A stretch of 64,000 bases of DNA from contig CAWHWQ010000001.1 in assembly GCA_963833095.1 (NCBI GenBank), forward strand, positions 480,001 to 544,000, read 5' to 3'. The DNA is from Vulcanimicrobiota bacterium. GTDB taxonomy: Bacteria > Vulcanimicrobiota > Vulcanimicrobiia > Vulcanimicrobiales > Vulcanimicrobiaceae. Position 1 is the first letter of the stretch. Every line of letters starts with the position of its first letter. The translations under genes were made by a program, and so were the position numbers. Under the pieces are notes generated by a model, which saw nothing but the letters and a program-made list of their open reading frames with translations, made no database searches and was not told the origin of the DNA. Below, one piece after another: positions 1-10,274 of this stretch.

Positions 1-45
1 GAGCGTGCGCGCAAGAGCGCCGTCATAGGCTCGCATCGTCTTCAT
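1..45 (-). CDS. 5' end of a gene running off the window (possibly hypoxanthine phosphoribosyltransferase, by tilS-hpt synteny only)
   Basis: ATG at 45 overlaps the tilS TGA stop; reads MKTMRAYDGALARTL. Confidence 0.3.
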   Translation of the reverse strand, partial: MKTMRAYDGALARTL

Positions 46-938
46 CACGCCTGCTCCGTACCCACGATCACCCCGTGCTCGATTTGCAGCTCGACACCCG
101 TCTTCATATGAAAGCGGCCCGAACCGCCGCGCTCGATCGCGCGAACGGCGGCTTCGACGTGAACGAAATCGACGTCGCGCAAGCCGTCTTGTTCCGCGAG
201 CGCCGCGCGCACCTCGCGCCGCAGATCGGCGCGCTGCGTTCCGGCCATCTCTTCGGCCAGCACTTCCGCAGTACGCGCGACCGCCGCGTCCAGCCCGGGA
301 AAGAGCGGGCGCAGCGCCTCGAGCGCGTCGCGCACCGCATTGCGGCGCAGTCCGCGATCGGCGTTGGTGGGATCGACCGCGTACGGCAGCGCGTGCGCGT
401 GACAGAGCCGGCGCAAATCTTCGGCGGCAACGCGCAGCAACGGGCGCGCCAAATCGACGCCCGGCGCCAGCGGCCGGCGCGCGCGCATGCCGGCAAGTCC
501 GTCGGGACCCGCGCCGCGGAAGCAGCGCAAGCAAGCACCGTTTCGCTCTGATCCTCCGGTGGTGCGCGGTCGCGACGGCGTTCGCGCCGGCGGCTCGCGC
601 GCGATCTGCGCGAGCGCTTCGTAGCGCGCGTCGCGCAGCGCGGCTTCGTCGTGCGATCGCCCTCGAGCGCTGCGACGCGCACGGCCAGCCCGAACGTTGC
701 GCCGACGCGCAGAACGACGCATTCGTCTTGCCAAGCCGATGCGCGCGTCGCCGTGATTGACGTGCGCGATCGCGAGCTCCAGGTCCATCGGCTTTGCGCA
801 GCGCGCGAGCGCGTGCGGCGAGCGCGACCGAATCGGCACCGCCGCTGCACGCGATCGTGACCCGATCGCCGCGACGGATCACGCCGCTCGCGTTCGATCG
901 CTCTGTTCGATCGCCGCTTCCGGCTTCGCGCCGCGCAT
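45..938 (-). CDS. tilS: tRNA(Ile)-lysidine synthetase, frameshifted in this assembly
   Basis: Motifs across frames: RRGDRVTIACSGGADSV, IAHVNHG, EDQSETVL, RPLL, DPTN..RRNAVR; start at ATG 938 (MRGAKPE) is inferred. Confidence 0.85.
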
Positions 939-1430
939 CGTTATCGCAGTGCGGGCGATTTCGCGCTCGACGTCGCGCTTGGCGACGTCCTCGCGCTTGT
1001 CCCAGAGCTTCTTGCCTCGCGCAAGGCCGAGCTGGACTTTCACTTTGCCGCGCGTGAAATACATCCGCAGCGGAACGATCGTCAGGCCCTTCTCTTCCAC
1101 GCGCGCCTGAAGATCGGCGATCTGCTCTTTGTGCAGCAGCAGTTTGCGCGGCCGATTGGGATCTACGTTGGAAAAGCTGCCTTGCTTGTAGGGCGGAACG
1201 TGCATGCCCATCAGCCACGCCTCGCCGTCGCGAAAGCGCGCGTACGCTTCGCTCATACTGACGCCGCCGGCGCGAATCGACTTGACCTCGGTGCCGGTCA
1301 GGGCAAGCCCCGCTTCGACTGAATCGAGAATGTGATACTCGTGCCGCGCGCGGCGGTTGTCGATCGCAGGCTCGTTGCGCTTCTTAGCTTGCTCTTTAGC
1401 AGCGACGCGCGGTTGTTTCGACTTAGCCAT
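879..1430 (-). CDS. smpB: SsrA-binding protein SmpB; true stop is probably TAA at 941-943 if one indel is corrected
   Basis: NRRARHEY, EAGLALTGTEVKSIR, RKLLLHK, GLARGKKLWDKRE. Confidence 0.96.
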   Translation of the reverse strand: MAKSKQPRVAAKEQAKKRNEPAIDNRRARHEYHILDSVEAGLALTGTEVKSIRAGGVSMSEAYARFRDGEAWLMGMHVPPYKQGSFSNVDPNRPRKLLLHKEQIADLQARVEEKGLTIVPLRMYFTRGKVKVQLGLARGKKLWDKREDVAKRDVEREIARTAITMRGAKPEAAIEQSDRTRAA

Positions 1431-1495
1431 GCGAAAGGCGCTCCGCCCGAGGCTCGCCCCACGCTGCGTGGGGCCCCGAAGTAGACATAACGTCG

Positions 1496-1968
1496 TTAGC
1501 CATCCTGGGATCGGGACTTCGACTCGTTATTTCGTCTTCCAACACGGTAATCGTCGACCGCGTCGAGCGGCCCCCGCGAGACGAATTTGCCTTCGCCGTC
1601 GGCAAGCACGTGCCGCGCGTCGCTCACCTGTGCTTCGAGGCCCAGCACGTTGCGGCGCTGCCAAGGTGACGCGTCCGCGTAATCGGGATCGGCTCGCCGA
1701 TCGGCACGGGCTTGCGAAAGCGCACGTTCACGCTGGCAGTGACGCCGCGATGTCCGGCCGAAGCCGGCGGCGTGCGCCATCGCTTCGTCGATAAGCGACA
1801 TCGCGATGCCGCCGTGCGCCACCGATTCCAGCCTTGAAATTCCGGTGCGAGCGTGGTTTCCGCTCGCACGCCGTCGCCGTCACCGTCGGCGTCAAAATGC
1901 AAATGCAGGCCGATCGGGTTCTCCGGGCCGCACGCAAAACAATTCCCGTCGTCGACCGGCACGCTCAC
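1496..1968 (-). CDS. PaaI family (hotdog-fold) thioesterase, frameshifted
   Basis: CFACGPENPIGL, FQGW, AHGGIAMSLIDEAM and TASVNVRFRKPVP lie in different frames. Confidence 0.8.
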
Positions 1969-2696
1969 CGTCCCGACTCCAACCGCATCGCGAGATACTC
2001 GGGCAGATGGGCCTCGTGAATCTTATCCTGAACCTCGCGGATCGGATAGGGATACCGTACCCACTCAACTTTGCGGCTTTGCGGATCGTAAAAAACGAAC
2101 GACGCTTCGCGGATTGAGGTCGCGCGGCTGCCCGACGCTGCCGACATCGACGATGTAGCGCTGCGACCCTCTTCGAGGCGCAGCTCGCCGCCGTGCTGCA
2201 TGTGCCGATGCCCAACGTTGCCGTCGGGCTCGGGAACCCAGTACTCCGCGATGTGCGTGTGCCCGATAAAGACCAGCGGCGCGTCGGTCAGCGCAAACGC
2301 TTTGGCCGCCGTGCGCTTGTCGAGAATGTATTCGAAGTAGTTTACCGGCGCGCCATGCACCATCAGGAAATCCGGATAGCGAATTTCGTACGAGAGGCTG
2401 TTGAGCCATGCGCGGCTCTCGTCGTTGAGCACGCTTCTGCGTCCAGGCGATCGCCGCGCGCGCCGCGTCGTTGAAATACTCCACGCCGAAGTTTTCGAGC
2501 GCCGCGAGGTCGTGATTTCCCAGCACTGCATGCTTGCAGCGCGAGTCCGCAGCAGCGCGATGCACTCGTTGGGATTGGGACCGTAGCCGACGATGTCACC
2601 CAAGCACAACACCTGGTCGTCGGGCTCCATCAGCGAAAACGCGCGCTCGAGCGACTCGATGTTCCCGTGAACGTCGGAGACGATCGCGTACCTCAC
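1965..2696 (-). CDS. Metallophosphoesterase family protein, frameshifted
   Basis: SDVHGN, LGDIVGYG, LGNHD, VHG, GHTH, DVGSVGQPRD motifs. Confidence 0.88.
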   Translation of the reverse strand: MRYAIVSDVHGNIESLERAFSLMEPDDQVLCLGDIVGYGPNPNECIALLRTRAASMQCWEITTSRRSKTSAWSISTTRRARRSPGRRSVLNDESRAWLNSLSYEIRYPDFLMVHGAPVNYFEYILDKRTAAKAFALTDAPLVFIGHTHIAEYWVPEPDGNVGHRHMQHGGELRLEEGRSATSSMSAASGSRATSIREASFVFYDPQSRKVEWVRYPYPIREVQDKIHEAHLPEYLAMRLESGR

Positions 2697-3812
2697 GCGT
2701 GCACGCTCGGAAGAGCAGCCACGACGTCGCGGAAGGCGGCCGCAAACGCGTCGCGCATCGGCGGCGTTCCGGCACTGACGCGCACGTAGCGGTCGAGCGG
2801 CGGCAAACCCGGCTTGCGGATCCACACGCCACGCACCAGCAATTCGTTCATCACCGTCGTCGCGCGCGCTGCCTCGCCCAGGTCGATGCATACGAAATTC
2901 GTCGCCGACTCGATCGCACCCAAGCCGAGCTCGCGGGCAAGCGCGTAGTAATCCTCGCGCGCTTGCGCGACCGCGTCAACGACGTAGCGGCGAAAGGGCT
3001 CGTCGGCGAGCGACGCGAGCGCCCCGATCTGCGCGTTGCGATTGACGCCGTAGTGCAGGCGAATCTTCTGGAGGATGCCGATCACTCGCTCGGAGGCGAT
3101 GGCGTAGCCGATCCGCGCGCCCGCCATACCGTAGGCTTTGGAGAACGTGCGCATGCGAATCAGCCGGTCCTCGACGTGCATCGGCAACAGGGCCGACTCG
3201 TCGACGAAGTCGGCGTAGGCTTCGTCGAGCAACAAGACCGCGTCGCGCGGAAGCGCGTCAAAGAAGCGCTGCATCTCGTCTCGTGCGACAAACGTGCCGC
3301 TCGGATTGTCGGGATTGGCGAGGTAGATGACCGCTGCGCGCTCGCGCGCGGCGACCGCGGCAAGTTCGTCGAGATCGAGTTGTCCGTCGGCGCGATAGTG
3401 CGCGTACACCAGACGTCCGCCGTAGCCGTTGACGTGATAGTTGAAAGTTGGATACGAACCGCGCGTGGTCAAGCGCGGCGCCGCCGGGCGCGACAAACGC
3501 GCGAACCACCAGGCCCATCAAATCGTCGATGCCGGCACCGACGACGACCTCTTCGACGCGGCAGCCGTGCTTGCGCGCGAGCGCTTCGCGCAGGTCGTAC
3601 GATTCGGGATCGCCGTACCACGATAGACGCTCGAGCTCGGCCGTCATTGCGGCGACGGCGCGCGGCGACGGACCGAAGGCGCTTTCGTTGGCCCCCAGGC
3701 GAACGAGCGACGAATGCCCGGTCTCGCGCATGAGTTGCTCGGGGCCGATAAAGGGTGTCATCGGCTCGATCGCTTCGATCGCGGGCGCAGGGCGGATCAC
3801 CAGCTTTTCCAT
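2693..3812 (-). CDS. PLP-dependent class I/II aminotransferase (HisC-like), one frameshift near 3470
   Basis: RLGANESAFGPSP, NPDNPSG, LDEAY, RTFSKAYGMAGARIGY; SD GGAGG upstream. Confidence 0.85.
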
Positions 3813-3824
3813 ACCTCCATAAAA

Positions 3825-5064
3825 CTAGATGAATCGCCGTATCGTCACAGGCGACCCTATCTCCAAGTCTTCGGCTTCTTCAGGGACGACTATGTATCCA
3901 TCGGCTTGGGCCGTAAGGCTCTACGAGCGCGGAGCGAACCGGCAACGGCCACGCGGTCCAATGATCTGAGTCGCTTTCGGGGTCCCGCTCGGCGCGGACA
4001 GGCACGAACCAGGTCCATCCTTTGCGGGTATGCACGCCGGCGCCAAGACGCGCAGAGAAGGTGGCCGGGGGCAACGGTGCGCCTGCTAGCGCTTCAATGA
4101 TCGGTGCAACCACCGCTTCTAGAATCACCAGCGCCGACGTTGGGTTGCCCGGTAGCCCGATGACCGGCTTGGATCCAACCGCCGCGAGCACCGTCGGCTT
4201 ACCGGGTTTGACCCGCAGCCCATGAACGATGACGCCCGGTGCGCCAAGTGCGGCAATCGCTGCCGGCGTACGATCCATTTCACCCACCGACGAGCCGCCG
4301 GTTACGATCGCCGCATCTGCTTCGGTAAGCGCGCGACGTAAGGCGCGCTCGAGCGCGCCTGGCACATCGGATACGGTCGCCCCGTGAAACGGCTGCGCGC
4401 CCATACCTTGTAGCGCACCAGCCACCGCGTGGCGATTCGAATCGCGCACTTGTCCGGGCGCGGGATGCATGCCGGGCGGCACCAGTTCATCGCCGCTCGA
4501 GATTACCGCGATGCGCGGTCGCGGAAAGACCGGCACCATGGTGACACCGAGCGTTGCTAAGACGCCCATCTGTGGGCCACCGATGCGCGTCCCCCGCGCG
4601 AGCATCGTCACCCCTGCCAGCATGTCGCCCCCGGCCGGGTTGACGTTGGTTCCCGGCTCGAGAACGGTCTCGATAGCAACATTTGCGCCCAGCAAGCGCA
4701 CCTCTTCGATCGGAACGACCGCGTCTGCGCCTTCGGGTACGACGCCGCCGGTCGGAATGCGCAGCGCCTCGCCGGCCTGCAGCGGCAGCGCCCACGGACG
4801 GCCCATCGCGATCTCGCCGGCGATGACAAAGACGCCCGGCCCCCGCGCGCTATCGATCGCAAACCCGTCCATCGCCGAGCGCGGAACGCTTGGATAGTCG
4901 GCGTCGGCGACGATTTGCTCGGCTAAAATGCGACCGCACGCATCCTCGAGCCGGACGCGTTCGGGCGCCCGAGGCGCCACCGCCACACGAGAGAGGAACG
5001 CCGCAACCGCCTGCGCGGGCGACAAAAGATTTTCCTCGAGAAAGACGAAGCCGCGCTGTTCCAT
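3825..5064 (-). CDS. moeA: Molybdopterin molybdotransferase, frameshift near the 3' end
   Basis: SAMDGFA, IPTGG, SSGDEL, DSN, TGGSS, VKPGKP, GLPGNP; C-terminus ...ADGYIVVPEEAEDLEIGSPVTIRRFI* continues in another frame. Confidence 0.92.
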
Positions 5065-6346
5065 GCTCGATATCGCTCTTGTCCGACGCGATCCCGATCG
5101 CGTGCGCCGTTCGGCGCAACGTCGTGGGATCGACGCCTCGTTTGTGGACGAGGTTCTGCGTCTGGATGCGCAGTACCGCTCCGAGTTGGCGGAAGCCGAG
5201 CGGTTGAAAGCTGAAAAGAACGTCCTGTCCGCGCAGATCGCCAAAGCCGCTGACAAAGCGGCGGCGGCGCGCGATTTGCGTCCGCAACTCGACACGATTT
5301 CGGCATCGATCGCGGTGCATGACGAGCAGGCAAAGGCCCTAGCTCCCGACTCGCCGCAGTCTCCGCTGCGCGCGCTGCTCGAGAATACGCCCAATGTACT
5401 CGACGACTCGGTTCCGAGCGGCAGTGATTCCAGCGCAAATGTCCTCGTGCGCACGTGGGGCACGCCGCGCCGGTTCGATTTTGCGCCAAAGCCGCACTAC
5501 GAATTGGGCGAAGCGCACGACATTCTCGATTTCGAGCGCGCGGCCAAACTCTCGGGCAGCCGCTTTTGCGTGCTCAAAGGCAAGGGCGCAAAGCTGCAGC
5601 GGGCGCTCGCGCAGTTTTTCCTGGATCGCGCAACCGCGCGCGGGTATGCGGAGATTGCGCCGCCCGTGCTCGTGACGCGCGAAACGATGTGGAGCACCGG
5701 ACAACTGACCAAATTTTCCGACGCGATGTTCGCGGATCCCGATGCGGACCTGTTCATGATTCCGACTGCCGAGGTGCCGCTGACCGCCCTGCATTCGGGT
5801 GAGATTCTCGACGCGGCCGAGCTTCCGCGCAGGCTGACCGCGCACACGCCGTGTTTTCGTAAAGAGGCCGGCGCCGCGGGAAGAGATACGCGCGGGCTTA
5901 TTCGGCAGCACCAGTTCGAGAAGGTCGAGCTCGTGTCGCTGACGTTACCGGAGGCTTCGTTCGAGATGCTCGAGCAGATGACGGCGGACGCCGAGGCGCT
6001 CCTGCAAGAGCTCGAGCTGCCGTATCGCACGATGCTCTTGTGCGCGGGCGATGTCAGCTTCAACAGCGCCAAGACCTACGATTTAGAGGTATGGCTTCCA
6101 AGCGCGAATACGTATCGCGAAATCAGTTCGTGCTCGAACTGCACCGACTTTCAGGCGCGGCGCGCGTCGATTCGAATGCGCCGCGACGCTAAGGCCAAAC
6201 CCGAGCACGTTCACACGCTCAACGGTTCGGCGCTGGCCGTCGGACGCACGCTGCTCGCGGTCTTGGAAAATTTTCAGCAGGCGGACGGATCGATCGAGAT
6301 TCCGCGCGCGCTCGTGCCATACACCGGCTTCGAGCGCATCGGCTAA
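5063..6346 (+). CDS. serS: Serine--tRNA ligase
   Basis: MLDI N-terminus, PTAEVPL, CFRKEAG, GLIRQHQFEKVE, EISSCSNCTDFQARR, HTLNGS. Confidence 0.98.
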   Translation: MLDIALVRRDPDRVRRSAQRRGIDASFVDEVLRLDAQYRSELAEAERLKAEKNVLSAQIAKAADKAAAARDLRPQLDTISASIAVHDEQAKALAPDSPQSPLRALLENTPNVLDDSVPSGSDSSANVLVRTWGTPRRFDFAPKPHYELGEAHDILDFERAAKLSGSRFCVLKGKGAKLQRALAQFFLDRATARGYAEIAPPVLVTRETMWSTGQLTKFSDAMFADPDADLFMIPTAEVPLTALHSGEILDAAELPRRLTAHTPCFRKEAGAAGRDTRGLIRQHQFEKVELVSLTLPEASFEMLEQMTADAEALLQELELPYRTMLLCAGDVSFNSAKTYDLEVWLPSANTYREISSCSNCTDFQARRASIRMRRDAKAKPEHVHTLNGSALAVGRTLLAVLENFQQADGSIEIPRALVPYTGFERIG

Positions 6347-6549
6347 CTTGTCATCCCAGCGTAGCGAACGCAGTGAGCGTAGTCGAGGGACCGCCTAACG
6401 TCCGTCCCTTCGACATTCGGCCTCACTAAGCGCCTCGCGTCTCGCACAAAGCTACATTGTCAGGGTGCTCGCCGCTCGGCTAACCCGTTCAGCCGAACGT
6501 CGAAGTCGGGCCGTTGCAGCGGTCCCCCGTCTACGCTCGGGATGACAAG
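6347..6549. repeat. Palindromic REP/MITE-like element, copy 1
   Basis: Terminal inverted repeat CTTGTCATCCC(G)AGCGTAG...CTACGCTCGGGATGACAAG, shared with 29872-30101 and 56798-57052; inner IR TTCGACATTCGGC/GCCGAACGTCGAA. Confidence 0.88.
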
Positions 6550-6896
6550 GCATCGGCTAGCGCATCGACAACGGGCGAGCGCTGCGGCCGCTCGACGCCC
6601 GCTGGATAGTGCGCCTCGATGTACACACGCGTTTGCTCCGGTCCTTCACGTTTGAACGTCGCGCTCACGCGCTCTTGGTTGACCGTGCCAAAGCCCGCCT
6701 CGATCGTATGCGAGAGTCGGTCGTCGAGGTAGATGTTCGCTCCGAGTACGCGCACGAACGCATCTCGCGCGCGCTCGTACGCTTCGTCGATTCCAATTGA
6801 AACGATGACCTCGCGATGCGCCCGCAGCCCGATCGCCGGAACTTGCCGTTTGCGCAAGCCGAGTGATTCGAGCAGATCGCCGAAGAACGAGCTCAC
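6531..6896 (-). CDS. Hypothetical protein
   Basis: GTG overlaps the upstream stop; plausible composition; last codons come from the repeat terminus. Confidence 0.7.
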   Translation of the reverse strand: MSSFFGDLLESLGLRKRQVPAIGLRAHREVIVSIGIDEAYERARDAFVRVLGANIYLDDRLSHTIEAGFGTVNQERVSATFKREGPEQTRVYIEAHYPAGVERPQRSPVVDALADALSSRA

Positions 6897-8128
6897 CGCG
6901 CCATGATCCACGCCGCGATCAGGCCAAGCACACAGAGCCCGGTGAGGGCGGCCGCCGGAACGACGCTCTGCGGACGCCGGGTGAAGGCCAGTGTGTAGGC
7001 AGCCTTCAGTACGTTGTTCGAGGACGCGGCGATGACGATGGCGATGGACGCGGTTGCAACGCCGATGGTCGCAACGCCGCCCTGCGCGAGGCTCAGCACG
7101 AAGGGGTCAACGTCGGTGACACCGACCAGCGCGGCCAACGCCAGCACGCCGTGCGCACCCGCATTTGCCTGCACCCATTTCGAGAGCACCGAGATCGCGA
7201 TCAACAGCGCGGCGAAGATCGCCGCCGTACCGAGACGGAGCGGGTTCTTTGGAACGACGTTGGGCGCTTTGACGCCGGCGCCGCGACGCGCGAAGATGGC
7301 AGCGATTGAAATTGCGATTGCCGCCAGGACGACCATCGGAATCACGATCGAACGCGCAAGTGCGATATTGAAGATCGCGACGATGGCCATCATGCGCAGA
7401 AACATCATCGCGGTGGCGGCGACGATTCCGGCCGTGATCTCCGGTGTGACCCCTTCGTCGTGCGCTGTGCGCGCCAGCACGACGGTCGTCGCCGTGGAGG
7501 AATAAAGACCGCCGAGCGCCGCGGCGACGATCACACCGCTCTGCGGAAGCACGTAGCGCTGCAGCAGGTAGCTCGCATACGAAAGCGTCGAAACCGCGAC
7601 AACCGCGAGCCAGACGCTGAAGGGAGTAATTTGGGTGTACGGAATACGCGGCGCGCCATAAAGCAGCGGCAGCACGACGCCGACCAGCAGCAAGAATTGG
7701 CCCAGCGTGACGGCTTCTTCTTTCGGAACGCGCGCGACGAACGCGTGCAGCCAGGCACGCGAGCCCACAAGCAATACCGCGCCCACGATGAGCGCAAACG
7801 AAACCCACAGTGGTTGCGTCAGCGCAATCGGCCCAAGTACGAACGCGATCACCACGCACATCGGGACGATCAATGGTCCGTCGGCTGCTTTGCGAGCGCC
7901 ATCGAGCACGCTGCGAATGTACAGACCGATCCATGCGCCCAGCACAAACAAGCCTGCGATAAACGCAAGCGCGAAGCGGGGTTCGATCAGGTAGAGCGCA
8001 GCACCGGCGAATGAAACAAGGGGGAAGGTACGGATGCCACCCGGCACCGGCGGGTTCTCGCCGCCAAAAAATTCCTCAAACGCAAATCCGAAGAAGAGCG
8101 AAAGCGCGAGGAGGACGAGGTAACTCAC
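6893..8128 (-). CDS. MgtC/SapB-like plus DUF4010 membrane protein
   Basis: GGIRTFPL, GGLYSSTATT, GVTDVD, AASSNNVLK; many TM segments. Confidence 0.85.
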   Translation of the reverse strand: MSYLVLLALSLFFGFAFEEFFGGENPPVPGGIRTFPLVSFAGAALYLIEPRFALAFIAGLFVLGAWIGLYIRSVLDGARKAADGPLIVPMCVVIAFVLGPIALTQPLWVSFALIVGAVLLVGSRAWLHAFVARVPKEEAVTLGQFLLLVGVVLPLLYGAPRIPYTQITPFSVWLAVVAVSTLSYASYLLQRYVLPQSGVIVAAALGGLYSSTATTVVLARTAHDEGVTPEITAGIVAATAMMFLRMMAIVAIFNIALARSIVIPMVVLAAIAISIAAIFARRGAGVKAPNVVPKNPLRLGTAAIFAALLIAISVLSKWVQANAGAHGVLALAALVGVTDVDPFVLSLAQGGVATIGVATASIAIVIAASSNNVLKAAYTLAFTRRPQSVVPAAALTGLCVLGLIAAWIMAR

Positions 8129-8724
8129 ATGCCGCGCCAGATTTCGCGCACCGTCGTGCTGCGATCGACGCGTTCGACGTCACGATACGTTGCGCCGGCA
8201 AAGTCCATCGACGGATTGGTGACGCCGTACCAGAAGTGCTCGTTCTTGAAGTGATGCCAGAGATGGTACTTCTTCACGTACCGTCCAAACGGTGTGACTG
8301 GATTGAACGCAATATGCGCCACGTAATGGACCCACTCATAGTAAAACAGCGCGCACATGCTTCCGAATGCAAGACAGAGCGCTACTGCCGGATTGCGGAC
8401 GATCGCAAGAAAGATTCCATAGTACGCCACGACGGTCGGGATCACGAACCACCACGGAAGAAAGAGCAGCTCGATCTTGGGCGGGTCGATGTGATGGTCA
8501 TAGTGGAGCTTGTGCTGCAATTTGAGAACGAACGGAATCTTCGAAGGCTGCGCGTGAAAGAGGAAACGATGCGTCGTGTATTCGGAAACAAAAAAGACAG
8601 CCGCGCCCACAACCGCTCCCACGAGCGAGAAAGGCACGGCTCCGATCGCAAAGACTACAACGGCCGCCACGATCGCGGCGGCTAAAATCGCGTTACTTCC
8701 ATGACGGAAGAACGAAAGGATCAT
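8125..8724 (-). CDS. Fatty acid hydroxylase/sterol desaturase family protein
   Basis: His boxes EYTTHRFLFH, HYDHH, YEWVHYVAH, HLWHH; YGVT. Confidence 0.9.
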   Translation of the reverse strand: MILSFFRHGSNAILAAAIVAAVVVFAIGAVPFSLVGAVVGAAVFFVSEYTTHRFLFHAQPSKIPFVLKLQHKLHYDHHIDPPKIELLFLPWWFVIPTVVAYYGIFLAIVRNPAVALCLAFGSMCALFYYEWVHYVAHIAFNPVTPFGRYVKKYHLWHHFKNEHFWYGVTNPSMDFAGATYRDVERVDRSTTVREIWRGM

Positions 8725-9656
8725 CCAGCGTCCTTGATCATGTCCAGCAATCCTTGACGATCGAGGTAGCGGATGTGTCCGCGCTCGCGCTTGAGCAGCT
8801 CACGCTGCTCCAACTCCGCGATCGCTCGCGCGGCAACCTCTTTGACCGTGCCTGCGGCAGCGGCGATTTGCGCCTGCGTGAGGTGTGGAAGCGGCAGGCG
8901 GGCCGGGCTGAGGCCTCGCTCTGGAATCGCGTAGGGCACGAGCACGTGCGCAATGCGCGCGATGATCGGCATCGTGGACTGCGTTGCGAGCGCCTGCATG
9001 TGATCCCGGCGCCGCTGCGCATTCACGCGACCTAATGCCAGGAGGATGTGCGTCTCACGCGCGCCCGCTTCAAGAACGACGCGCCGCGGAACGCGCAGGT
9101 ACCGGGCGACCTTCGAGAGCGCGATGACGCGTCCGCTGGCCGGCGCTTCGTCGAAGAGCTCCAGTTCACCGAAGAGTTCGTACGGAAAAATTTCGAGGAA
9201 GATGCGCGGGCGACCGTTGCCGTTTCCGGTCGTGAGCGCCAGCACGCCTTCGAAGACGATGCCTAGGTACGGCCATTCCGTGCCTTCGGTCACGATGGTC
9301 TGTCCACGTCGCATCGTGTGCAAACTCGCGTGCGCAGCAAGCTCGCTGCGCACGTCCTCGCTTGCGCCTGCAAAAACGGCGGAGCGCTTGATGATTCCCG
9401 CCGGAGAGGGCGCGTCATTCTCGACTGCGACCCGAGTAAGATGAATCATCCATTCGCGTTCGCCGACACGGCGATGATCCACCAGCACTTCACGCGGCCG
9501 CGCCTGCTCCATACGGAAGGCGAGGCCGCGCGGTTCGTGATCGGTCACGATGCTGAGCGATCCGCCCAGGGGCAGGCGATCGAATAGCTCCGAGATCATT
9601 CCCGGGCGCTCCCATACGGGAAGAGTACGCAGATCAAGACGCGCTACATCCATCAT
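8721..9656 (-). CDS. Crp/Fnr family regulator with N-terminal DUF2249 domain
   Basis: LDLRTLPVWER...DHEPRGL N-terminal domain; FGELE; HTH LTQAQIAAAAGTVKEVAARAI. Confidence 0.88.
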   Translation of the reverse strand: MMDVARLDLRTLPVWERPGMISELFDRLPLGGSLSIVTDHEPRGLAFRMEQARPREVLVDHRRVGEREWMIHLTRVAVENDAPSPAGIIKRSAVFAGASEDVRSELAAHASLHTMRRGQTIVTEGTEWPYLGIVFEGVLALTTGNGNGRPRIFLEIFPYELFGELELFDEAPASGRVIALSKVARYLRVPRRVVLEAGARETHILLALGRVNAQRRRDHMQALATQSTMPIIARIAHVLVPYAIPERGLSPARLPLPHLTQAQIAAAAGTVKEVAARAIAELEQRELLKRERGHIRYLDRQGLLDMIKDAG

Positions 9657-9674
9657 TTGGAACGCGCTTTCTCT

Positions 9675-10253
9675 TTAGCGGGTGGAACTACTGCCTGCCG
9701 GCGGCGGCAGCGCGGAGAGCGGAGCAAGCGCAACGGGCGTTTTGAGCGACTTCCACACCTTCTGCGGTGTCGCGGGCAACGTGTCCATGTGTTTAAGGAA
9801 GAGCGCCAGCGTCCAAATCTGGTCGTCGCTCAGTGACTTCGTGAACGCCGGCATGCCGGTCATCCGAATGCCGTGCTTGATGGTCCAAAACGTCTGGCCA
9901 GCGGGGTCATCCTCGACGCCGTGCTTGGCGAGCTGCGGTGCGTGCACGTAAAGCCCAATCGCTACCGTGCTCGACTGCTGGCCCGGGACGCCGTGGCAAG
10001 CGGAGCAGTTTTCGCTGTACAGTTTTATCCCGGCCAGATAGTCGGCATCCGTCGCGGCAATCGGGTTCGGCTGGGTCGGCGCCTCACGGGCGACCGTTGC
10101 GTGGAGCGAGCGTGACGCTGCCCAACGCTCCAACCGCGACGGTTTCGCATCAGCGTTGGCCGGAATCAACAACCCCTGGGTGATACCCACATAGCCAACC
10201 ACGAGCGCGAAGACGATGGTCGCAAGTACGCCAAGAATGAATCCCTTGAGCAC
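9675..10253 (-). CDS. Membrane-anchored c-type cytochrome
   Basis: N-terminal TM segment, CSACH heme motif, GIRMTGMPAF; SD AAAGGAG. Confidence 0.92.
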   Translation of the reverse strand: MLKGFILGVLATIVFALVVGYVGITQGLLIPANADAKPSRLERWAASRSLHATVAREAPTQPNPIAATDADYLAGIKLYSENCSACHGVPGQQSSTVAIGLYVHAPQLAKHGVEDDPAGQTFWTIKHGIRMTGMPAFTKSLSDDQIWTLALFLKHMDTLPATPQKVWKSLKTPVALAPLSALPPPAGSSSTR

Positions 10254-10274
10254 TGTTTCTCCTTTAGGACGGGT

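Noticed and set aside
879..940. Unusual C-terminal extension on SmpB
   Set aside because: The extension (MRGAKPEAAIEQS) reads as the TilS N-terminus; a single indel would restore a stop at 941-943.
1431..1530. Possible tmRNA or small RNA beside smpB
   Set aside because: Too short, and no tRNA-like termini or tag reading frame are visible.
45..3930. Apparent pseudogenes or programmed frameshifts in tilS, smpB, the thioesterase, the phosphoesterase, the aminotransferase and moeA
   Set aside because: Indels hit essential genes and occur in patches (also nuoN and 51-52 kb) while motifs stay intact, which is typical of low-coverage long-read consensus error. Needs read-level confirmation.
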